DNA of 36,743 nt from Octopus bimaculoides (Eukaryota): contig NC_068986.1 of NCBI RefSeq assembly GCF_001194135.2, forward strand, positions 40,696,957 through 40,733,699, given 5' to 3'. The notes beneath the pieces were generated by a model. That model was not told the DNA's origin, searched no databases, and was given only the letters and a program-made list of their open reading frames with translations. Below are positions 21,824 to 33,300 of the stretch, piece by piece. Position 1 is the first letter of the stretch. Each line of letters begins with the position of its first letter. Position numbers and translations under genes: made by a program.

Positions 21824-24285
21824 TCATTATTTAAGACGTCACACAGTATCCAATATCATGATGTTGTTGACTGAAGATGTGCCTAGCAGGGGTCTGTACT
21901 GTCTGTCAAGTCACAACAAGGACCTCAGACAGACAGTACTTTATGCAATATGCATGCAATTCCAAGTAATGCTGATTTTTGCAATACACCTATATTGTAA
22001 GTATCTCTAAAGTTTCCAGATGTTTTTTCAGCTTGGGTGGTATTGAACTTAATGTTCTAATGACAACAGAGACAACCTTTATGTTTGACTCTTGTAGCTG
22101 CCACACATTAGTGATCTCAATTCTCAGGTTTTCATATTTATCAGTCTTTCCTCTTTCTTTCATGATGAAATGTTGATGTCCTGGCACTGCCGTCAATTAT
22201 TAGGCACTCCTGTTTGTTGCTCCTAAAGGCTACTATATTTGGCCTTTGGTGCTCTAACACCTTGTCTGTCTGGAAGTCAAAGTCCCAGAGGATTTTTGCC
22301 TTCCCTTTTTCATCCATTACCTTTTCCAGTGTACTTTGGTATGAAGCACCCATTACCTTGTATCCATACTTGCGGCATAGTAGCCAGTGAAGGTTTTGGG
22401 CTATCTTGTCATGTCTGTGCTTGTACTCTTTCTGTGCAAGACTTTCACAAGCACTAACAATGTGAGTCACGCTTCCAACCCTCTTCCCACACATTTTTTA
22501 GAGGTTTGTTGCACTTCTGTGGTATATATCCCTTTTCACTGAGTTGGTATTCAATGCCTGGTCCTGGGCAGCGGTGATTAGGCTTTCAGTTTTCTTTTTT
22601 AGGTCACATTTGTTGAACCACCTCCATGATACTTCCTGGTCTTTTAATTTGTTAGTTTCACTGTGGAACTGACCATGTAATTCCATGCGGAGTAAGGTTT
22701 CTTCTCTCTCGTTGGCTGTTCATGATCAGAATTCATGAGCATTCTCAAGTTATCTTTGGTAATTCCTTCAGCATTAGCAGCATACTGTAGCAAGTCTTGT
22801 TTGCTGTTTACCAAATATTCTACCATGTTTCTTCTTTCACTGTTGATGCACTCCCATATGCTAATCAGTTCACATCCACCTTTATCCCTCTTCCTGTAGA
22901 GCCTGTGTACAATCGCCTTAGGGTGGAGGGCAATATGCATTGTCATTGTCTTTCAGGTAGTGCGATCGAGTTGGTTAATCTCCACTTGTGTCCATTTCAA
23001 GATGGGTACACTGTAGCAGACTACAGCAACAGTTCATATGTTGATGGCAGTCACAAGGTTCCTTGAGTTTAGTTTTGATTTCAAGAGAAGTTTGAGGCAC
23101 TTCAAATATGCAGTGATGACCTTGTCTTTCATTTCTCTGAGCAAGATATTGTCCAGTTCCAGGATCCCAAGGTACTTGTACCCATCATCATCTGGGTCTT
23201 CCATTCTCTCTCCATTTGGCAATTCTATGCCCTTATTGAAGCCAAATTTTGTTTGCTGCCTCTCAAAAAGGTTGGTTAGAGAGCTAAGAAGCAACAATTG
23301 CAATAATCGGTTTCATATTTGGAAAGAATTTTACTCACGTATTCACTCGAACACCATGTTTAGCTTCACTGATAGCCAACGTCTTTGACATGCTTGCAAC
23401 AGCACCCTACCAACAAAACATAAATGATAAATATGTGAAAGAATGGTAATGGTTTACATATTACACAACATCTTCAGTGCTGCTTTTTTATATTCTCAAT
23501 GTTTTCCCCTAAATTTTAAGTATTTTTTTCTATATATTTTGTGCTGTTTGTATATTTTTCTATATTTTCTCTAAGTGTTGCAGTGCATTTGTGCCTTGTA
23601 ATGGATATCTAGATGTGTAATGGATTTTTAAAACTATAATTCAAGGTTTTAGAAAATCAATACTTGTGCATGAACCTCTTGAAAAACATGTTATATATTT
23701 TTTTAATATTGAAGTTTAATTAATTAAACAAGGTAACCAATAGCTTTCTATATTTTCCTATCTGTTAACTTTAGAACACTCTTTATTAAACTTTCTCTTC
23801 AAAATGTGACATTAATTTTTTTAATTGTTTTTCAGGTGTCACAAAGTTGATACGATTGAGATAGTCTGATCTAGAGTATGCGGATATAATAAAGTCAATA
23901 AAAGTATGGAAACTGAGTTCAGTCACAGGCCAAGGTGTACATACATATACATGACAAAAATGTCAGTTGACAATAAAATGAGTCTGAAGTGGGGATGATT
24001 GACCTTCTAGAAAGAGCAACCAACACTCACAAATTACCCATAGAAATGGAGGGGCTATTACCAGCAGAATTGTTAACACACTGGACAAAATGCTAAGCAG
24101 TATTTCTTCCAGTTTTCCATGTTCTGAGTTCAAATTCCAACAAGGTCAACTTTGCTTTCATCCTTTTAGGATCAATAATATAAGTACCAGTTGTGCACTA
24201 GGGTTGATGTAATCGATGTTCCCCCACTCCCCTGAAATTGCTGGCCTTGTGCCAAAATTTGATTCCAATATTAATATATTTTATG

Positions 24286-24330
<45 letters not shown>

Positions 24331-27300
24331 CCACACACACACACATATATATATACATATGTATATATATATATATATATATATACACATACAAAATTGA
24401 GGATAAAACCATTTAAAGCCAGCGAGTAATAAAACCACACAGGTAACAAATAATACTAATATATTATAATATAAATATAATTATATTAAAGGGTGCAGAT
24501 AAACCCTACCAATACCCTAGAAATAGACACCAAGTATATATGATTTTCCTACAGAAATAAATGTATATATTCACTTAAATACATTTTTGGTATACTTGTA
24601 AAGTAAATATGAATATATGGTATAGATATGCTAAACTAAATATATGGTACGGTGCTATTGCTAGTGCAATGTAAAAGTGGTTATGTCAGTGCCACATAAA
24701 AGCACTCATGCCAGTGCCTCATAAAAACACCCAGGACACTATAGAGTGGTTGGCATTAGAAAGCTCATCCAGCCAAGGAAACCATGCCAAAACAGACCAA
24801 TGGAGCCTGGGCAGTTCTCCAGCTGGCCACTTCCTGTCAAACTGTCCAACCCATACCAGTATGGAGAATGGATGCTAAAAGATGATGATGATGATGTTGC
24901 TACAGATACACTTAAACTAAAAATTGTGGTATATCATAATTATCCATTATAGTCATCAACTCGAAGCTACCACTACAAAATTTAGTTAGAAAAATGAGCA
25001 AACTAACAATTTACGAATGCAATAACTTAAATATTTTCTTTAAATGTCATTTAATGTTCATTAAACATCTGTCTATATATGTCCTGGATTGATAGGTCTT
25101 TAGCAATAACTCATATGGTAACTTATCCAAGCAAGAGCAGTATCAAATGGGAAGAATATAATGCATGTGCTAACTTTCTAACAGAGTGAGAAGTAGAGTT
25201 ATAATGTGATTATTTAGAGGTTCTGGACCATTGGTGTACAGAAAGGCAGTGTTGTATCTGTATTCAATTTTTGAAGAAGAATAAAAAATAAAATGTATGA
25301 CACTACTTACTTTTGATGCTGTATAAGGGATGGAGTCTTTCTGGCCAAGGTAAGTCACCACACTAGCAATATTAATAATATTACCTTTGGCAAGGCGTAT
25401 GTAGGGAAGGGCATACTAGATTTAAAAAAAAAAAAATGAAAAATGAAAAATTGGATCTATATAGGGCTAAAATATTCATAATATAGATGTAGAAAAAATT
25501 GTAATGACTTTTGTAAGAAAAATAAAGATATTTTGAATAAACGAGTGATTGGTCAAGTGATGTAAACTCCTCTGATGAGAACCTAATGAGGTTTGAAAGT
25601 TGATATAGGTACAGGTGTGGCTGTGTGGTAAGAAGTTTGTTTCTCAACTACAGGGTTCCAGGTTCAGTCTGTGTGGCACTTTGGGAATCTTCTACTAAAG
25701 TTCTGAGGCTCTGAGTGACTCAAAGCCTTGTGAATAGATTTGATAGATGGAAACTGACAAAAGCCCATCAAGTGCATACTTGTGTGTGCATGTTTCAAAG
25801 AGTGCAGTTCGATTATAACAGTTATTTTTACAATGGAAGTGACAAAGGAGCATATTTGGCATATTTTGCTTTATGAGTTCAATAAAAGCAACAACACAAC
25901 GGAAAGTGTGAGTAATATTAATGCAGTATATAGGGATCAGACAATAAGCGTAAGCCAGAGTCAGTGGTGGTCTCAGAAATTCTGAGCCAGAAAATACAGC
26001 CTAGAAGATGAGCCTCATCCTGGAAGATCTGTAGAGCTCGATGAGGATGTCCTGCAAACCCTAGTGGAACAAAATCTCATTGTAATTGTTGAGGAACTAG
26101 CAGAGGAGCTTGGATTTTGTCATTCAACCATTCATAGACACCTGCATGCCATCAGAAAAGTCAGCAAATTGGGTCAATGGGTTCCTCACAAACTTCTGAG
26201 TCTAATCACCCACAGAGAGTGAATGTGTGCTCTTCTTTCCTGTCACTTCTCATGAATTAACCTTTTTTGGACCGAATAAAGATTGGTGACGAGAAATGGG
26301 TTCTCTATAAAAATGTTAAGCACTGAAGATAGTCGGTTGGGACAGGAGAAACACTGGTACCCCAGGCTAAAGAAGGTCTTCACCCACATAGGGTGTTATC
26401 TGTTTGGTGGGATATGAAAGGTTTAGTCCACTTCAAACTTTTTAACCCAAACCAAATGATAACAAAGGAGATCTGCTGCAAGCAGCTTGTGTGGCGTAAG
26501 TCAGTGCTAGAAGAAAAGTGATCATCTTCAGTTTCAAGACGAAAGGAGTTGTTCCATCAGGATAATGCTTGGCCACATACAGTAAGGACAACATTCTAAA
26601 GGCTGGAGCAGTTTGAATGGGAAACGATGCTCCACCAACCATATTTGCCAGACATTGTCCCATCTGATTATCATTTATTCTGTAGTCTTCAAAATCATTT
26701 GAATGGAAAAAATATGAATTCTGTAGATGAGGTCAGAACAGTACTGGAGGGGTATTTTTCATCACGGACAAGTGAATTTTGAAAGAGGGACCTTGCAAGT
26801 CTACCAGATAGATGGAAGAGCATTGTAGAAAATGAGGGAGTGTATATTCTAGATTAAAAAAGAACTTTGTTTATCTTAATTTTGAAAAATAAAAGAAGTA
26901 TAAAAAAAACGCATTATTTATGGGATGACCCAGTATGTATACACACACACACACACACACACGTGTGTATATGTTTGTCTCTCACCACCATTTGACAACT
27001 GGTGTTGGCTTGTTTATGTTCCCATAACCTAGCAGTTTGGCAAAAGAGACTAATAGAATAAGTATCAGCTTTAAAAAAATAAATAAATACTGTGGCTGAT
27101 CTGTTGAATTAAACCTTCCAAGGAAATTTTCCAGCATGGCTGCAGTCTAATGATTGAAACAATATATGTATGTCATTATTCAGCTTTATTTCAAGATTTC
27201 TTGCTAATAGAGAAAGAGTTGGTTTCTGACCTAGATCCAAGGCTCATTCATTGGGATTTCAACAACATCAGTGTATTTTGTTTGTTTGTTCGTTCATTTG

Positions 27301-30300
27301 TGCATGTGTGTGCATGCGCACAAAACACACATTCAAAAGTCATATAATTATGTGTGTCATTGAGATGTGGCAAAGAGTGAAAAAGGAATTGTTTGATGCT
27401 GTTGATATTGTATGAAGCGTAGTGTAGTTACATAAGAAAAATTAGTTTTGCTTGTATTTTGTTTTTGTCAATTCAGACCATACCATGAAGTCAGTGGGTT
27501 GCTGCATTTTTGTAATATGGCTTGGAAATAAAGGCACTTTCTTTGAATCTATCTGCACCTTCCAACCATTAGCAACCAGCAGAAGTCTGGGTATTGATAT
27601 TCCTTTGCTTATTCTCTTGTATTGTCTTTTCTCACTCTCCTTCTACAAAATAAGAGTTTGCAAATTTTTGTGAGGATCTTCATTACATTGCATTTCTTTT
27701 TCTGCCAGCAAAAATATGCAAGACTTCATTATGGTGCTAGGTATATTCTTCTTAAGCCCTTTGCTCCCTATCAAGGATAGGGCTTTTTTTTTCCTGCTCT
27801 TGACTCTGGGCTGTCTTATCAATTTCTTACCTTTCCTAGGTTTTCTTGGCTTTGAATTGTCATTGATGCTTCTGTAACTCTGCTTGTTTCCTGGTAGAGG
27901 TATTGGCCTTATGCAAACACTCTGAGAACAGGTGGTTCATATTAGTCTGGCCTCTATCCTTTGATCTGCCCAGCATAGGAGGCCCTACCAAGAATGATGA
28001 ATGTATTGGCATGGACATGTGTGATGGATCTCCAATGAATGTTGTAGAAAAAAAGGGAATGCCATTTGCTTATAGTGGAAGGTATATAACATAGAAAAAT
28101 TAAGACATGATGGAAAGAAATGATTATAACAATAACAATGATTTATAAGAGAAGAATAAATGAGGTAATGAGGAAACTAACCTTGCATGTGAGGAACACA
28201 GCAATTAAATTTACTTGAAGAAGTTCATTAAAGCATTCAACTGTAACATCTTCAATGACAGCATATCCTGGATCTGAAAAAAAAATTACTCGCTAAAAAT
28301 CATTCACTATACCAGTGGTTCCCAAACTTTTTAGAGACGCGGCCCACTATTTATGACACCAGTTTATGGCGACCCACTTAACTCTACTGGGTAAAAACAT
28401 TAATGAAAGAAACAAATTTATTTCAGATTACATTTTCATTGAGGCCTGTGAGAAGGCCTCATTTATATTAAATGTGAAAAAAAAAATGTTTTATAACTGT
28501 TTCAATGTCTCCATACCCTATGGGCAGGTATTAACTCTAATACAAAACCTCGAAGCAGTAACTGTTATCGGCTCGATCAGTGTTGTACTGCGCCTAGTTA
28601 AAGTTCTTTATAAATAGGTAAAAACAGACTTTTCCTTTTTACGATTACATATGAATAAATAACTTGAGAAAATGACCACCTCTGATTTGTTAAGTTCGTG
28701 AAAAAAGCCTACTGCTTGATAAAACAACCAGTCTGGTATTGAAAACATGAGTCTTGAACTATCTCGATAGACAGCAGTTAATCAAAGCTAATGCGTAATT
28801 TTATAACTTTTTGCGACTCACTAGGATTCCATTTGCGACCCATCAGTGGGTCGCGACTCATAGTTTGGGAACCACTGCACTATACCAATATTACAGTGAA
28901 AAATATTTCAAGATGTTATTACCATGGTAACAAAGAGTGTTAAGATGTCATGACTTTGGTGATAACAAAATGTAATCAAACATTGTCTGCTCTTTCTTAT
29001 AAGTCATGCAGCCTCATAGAGACACCCTCATTGGTTTGTTATATAAATAATTTTTTAAAAAAAATGTCTAGGAGTGATATTAACTTACGGTAGCCAGCAT
29101 TGTTGATTAAACAGTCTATGGTGCCGTACTTCTCAACCACCTTATCAATCATGTTCTGGCAAAAGAGAAAAGGTGAAGAATATTAAACCATGATACAAAT
29201 ACCTACACAAACACATACACACACTGCCTGAACAGCAAGTTTGATAAGATGATGATGACATATATATGTGTGTTTGTGTGTGTGTGTGTGTGTGTGTATT
29301 TATATATATATATAAATACACACATATATACTTACAATATATAGGTAGGTATATATTAATTTAAGTGTACAGTATTACATATCCATTATAGCCGGTCTTA
29401 CCTTTCGGTTTTGCATTAGTGGGTTCAACAGAGTGTTAGGTAACAATCTGATCAATGGCTACTTCTGATGGGCACAGGGTTACATAATTGGGCTGTTACC
29501 TAACACTCCACAGAACCCTAGTGTGAAACCGATTGGTAAGATTGGCTGTAACGGATATATAATACTATTCACTTTGATTAATATACCTGTTCTACTGACA
29601 GTTATACAGGGGTTGGACAAAATAATGGAAACACCTAGCATCATAGCATCATAATTTTGAAATATCTATAAAACCGTCAAAAGCTTGTTTATTTTTATGT
29701 TTTTTGATTTATTATTAGTGTTGCTTAATATATTTTGCTAAAATTGCTGTTTCTTTTCAGATATCATCAGAAAAAGGTAATTAAAATTCATTAAAATGAC
29801 AGATCTATTGGACTTTCAAAGAGGTCAAATTGTTGGTGCTCGTATGGCAGGTGCTAGCGTAACAAAAACAGCCGAAATGTTTGGTGTATCAAGAAGTACT
29901 GTCTCGAAAGTAATGACAGCCTTTGAGAAAGAGGGAAAAACCTCCTCNNNNNNNNNNNNNNNNNNNNNNNNNNNNNNNNNNNNNNNNNNNNNNNNNNNNN
30001 NNNNNNNNNNNNNNNNNNNNNNNNNNNNNNNNNNNNNNNNNNNNNNNNNNNNNNNNNNNNNNNNNNNNNNNNNNNNNNNNNNNNNNNNNNNNNNNNNNNN
30101 NNNNNNNNNNNNNNNNNNNNNNNNNNNNNNNNNNNNNNNNNTACAGCTCCCAAAATTACTGCAGAGCTTCATGACGACCTCGAGAACCCCGTTTCCACAA
30201 AAACTGTTTGCCCGGAGCTGCACAAAGCCAAATTTCATAGGAGTGCTGCAATCAGAAAACCACTACTTTCAAAAAAAAAATGTTGCAAAGCATTTAAAGT

Positions 30301-33300
30301 GGAGTAAAAACCTACAGAATTGGTCACTAGAGCAATGGAAGAATGTTATTTTCTTGGACAAGTCATCCTTTACCTTATTTCCAACCACCAGCCGAGTATA
30401 CGTGTGTAGACAGCCAAAAGAAGCATTTGACCCAGACTGCCTTCTTCCAGCTGTTAAACATGGAGGAGGATCTGCGATGATCTGGGAGGGCTATATCTTG
30501 GAAATCTGCCAGCTCAATGATTTCCCTTCATGGCAGAATTAATAGTCAAGACTATTTAAGCATTTTATCTGATCAAATTCAAATTCAAGGTGTTATACCC
30601 AATAACTGGTATAGCAGTATCTCTGTCAACAGCTCCAAGAACAAAAGAAATGCACTTCAGAGAGACAACTATAGAAGCATCAAATTGTTGTACTAGGTTA
30701 TGAAAGAGTCATTTAGAAACTGACTATGCTTAGATAAGATTGACTTTGGGCCAATGCCATCTTCCTAGTGAAACAATAGCAAGAGAATTACTTTGCTAGG
30801 TTTAAGTCCCCGATGTTATTGTTGTTGTTGTTGATGATGATGATGATGATGATAATTCATTAATCTAGAGAAGACCTTATGAAATATAAAGCATTATACT
30901 TCCTTACTTTGATTTGTGCTTCATCACGTAAATTACAGTTGATATAATATGCTTCTCCAGGTCCCATTTGGTTCATTTTTTCTTCTATAGGCTTAGCTTC
31001 ATCATCTGAAATAGAATTTTTTGTTAAAAAGAAACAAAAATCAACTCAAAATATATTTATGTATATTTTGATTTAAAACTTTATCATTAAAGTATACAAA
31101 AGTATAAGAAAAACAAATTAAAAAAGTTGTTCAATAAATTCTATCACATTTGCTGAATTTTGTTTGTAAAATAGAATATAATATATTGATATAATTTCAA
31201 CAACATTTACACACATACACACCACCACCTATGTGTATAATTACGTGTTTGTGTATGTATATATATATTTATTGATATTTTTAGAAATGAAGAAAATTTC
31301 AAATGCAGGAGAATAGTTGTGAAAACAGCTTTAGAAAATCTGGTAAGAATACACCTATAGACAGGGTAAAAGTGGCCAACAGCCACTACCGACAATTGAA
31401 TTCTGTACTGCATAAATTCTATTTGAGCCCTCTGTACCATTGAGCTGAATGATCCATGATAACAGATACTGTCTTTTATAATGCTAAATAAGTATCTTTT
31501 GGAATGTGAGAACATTCCAGAAGGTGTATTTTTAACCAATTTCCTAAAGCTGTTTTCACAGCTAGTCTCCTGCATTCAAAGTTTTCTTTATCTCTTAAAG
31601 TACCAATTCACCCTTTGCTTCAATGTTTGTTTATAAAAATATTCTCATATTTGTTGATAATTTACACAACAGGCATATATATTCCTTTCTGCTATTGGCA
31701 CAAGGCCTGAAATTTTGGAGGAGGGGGGCTAGTCAGTTACATCAACTCCAGTGCCTAGCTGGTATTTATTTTATTACCCTCGAAAGGAGTAAAAGGCAAA
31801 GTCAACCTCTATGGAATTTGGACTTAGAAGGTAAAGACAGAGGAAATGCTGCTAAGCATTTTGCTCGATGTCCTAAAGATGCTGCCTGATCACTGTATTG
31901 TAACGCAGGAGATGTATTAACTCATTGCCTCCCATAATTCTATTAACTGGAATTTTTTTTATGAAACTTTGATTTCTAGCATAAAACAGCCTTAGAAACA
32001 TGCTGGAATGATCAAAATAACATTTTAAATAGAAATAAGCGAGATATTGGGTGAAAAATTAGCAAATCTCATTTGAATATCAGAGAAATATACCTAGTAG
32101 ATATAGCAAAAAGGTCAGATATGTGTAAATATTGACAGATAATTATGAAATTTGTAATTTTTAAATGATCTCATATGAGATCACTTAACACTATACTTTG
32201 TTGAGGTCATAAAAATTTATGAACATTCCAGAGGATGTAGAAGAATTATTTTTTGAAACTGGATCATGATGTACATATAAGACTATTAATAACAGCATGT
32301 TGAAAACCCCCTTTTGGATAGACAGAGTCAAAGGCCACCATTGGGATTTGGACGTACATCTCCTGTAGACATGACAGACATTCTTCTTGTCAAAATGATC
32401 CTTTGAAATTTTCTATCCAGTTTAGTAATTTTAATCAAAGCGATCTGTTGAAAGTCTTCTTGTATCAAAGTGATCCTTTGAAATTCTCTGTCCGATTTAG
32501 TAATTTTATTCTCACCAATAAGAATTGTATGTTGTTGAGGTCATAAGATTTATAGACATTCAAGAAAATGTGGAGTAATTCCTTTTTGAAATTGGATTTC
32601 AAACTTTGGTACAAGGCCACCAATTTTGGCACAAGGCTGCATTTGAACTCAGAATATAAAAACATTTTGCCTGGTGTGCTAACAATTCTGCCAGCTTGCC
32701 ACCTTTATAAAGCTATTAATATTGGCTTGTAAAAATTTGGTTGAAAAACTGCTTTGGAAAGAAAAATTATAAGCCATACCATGGATGTCACAAAAGGCAA
32801 CTTTTGAACCATTTTTTACTGCAAGAAAAAAAAAAGAAAAGAGAGTTATGAAAATATCATACTAGCTTAAATAACAGAAAATGGTTAATAATTAGAGTAA
32901 ATATTTCCCATGTTCATTAAGTTTTTTTGTTAATTGAAATACCTGACATGAAGGTATCCTAGTTTACTTTGTTTCACTGCTCTGTCATTCAACATAATTT
33001 CAATTGAATAAAAGCCTTCAAGGAATATACAGATATTTCCAGGATGGAAACCCAAGCAAAACTAAAGAACCCTTATTTACATTATTTACATTTGACGGAT
33101 ATTTGTCCTCATCTTGTTTGTTGGTAATACAACATTTCGGCTGATATACCCTCCAGCCTTCATAGGGTGTCTTGGGGAAATTTCAAACTTGGGTTCTCAT
33201 TCCTAAGGTATTTTTCGATGTTATCATTATTATTATTATTATATTATTATTCAGGTCACTGCCTGGAATCGAACTCGGAATCTTGGGGTTAGTAGCCTAT

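Noticed and set aside
29796-30542. Functional 248-aa transposase
   Set aside because: The ORF is held open by an N-gap, the frame shifts, the catalytic motif is degraded (LDKS) and the C-terminus is missing.
32391-32510. Short imperfect tandem duplication (about 75-bp period)
   Set aside because: An ordinary slippage-type duplication in an intron with no further structure.
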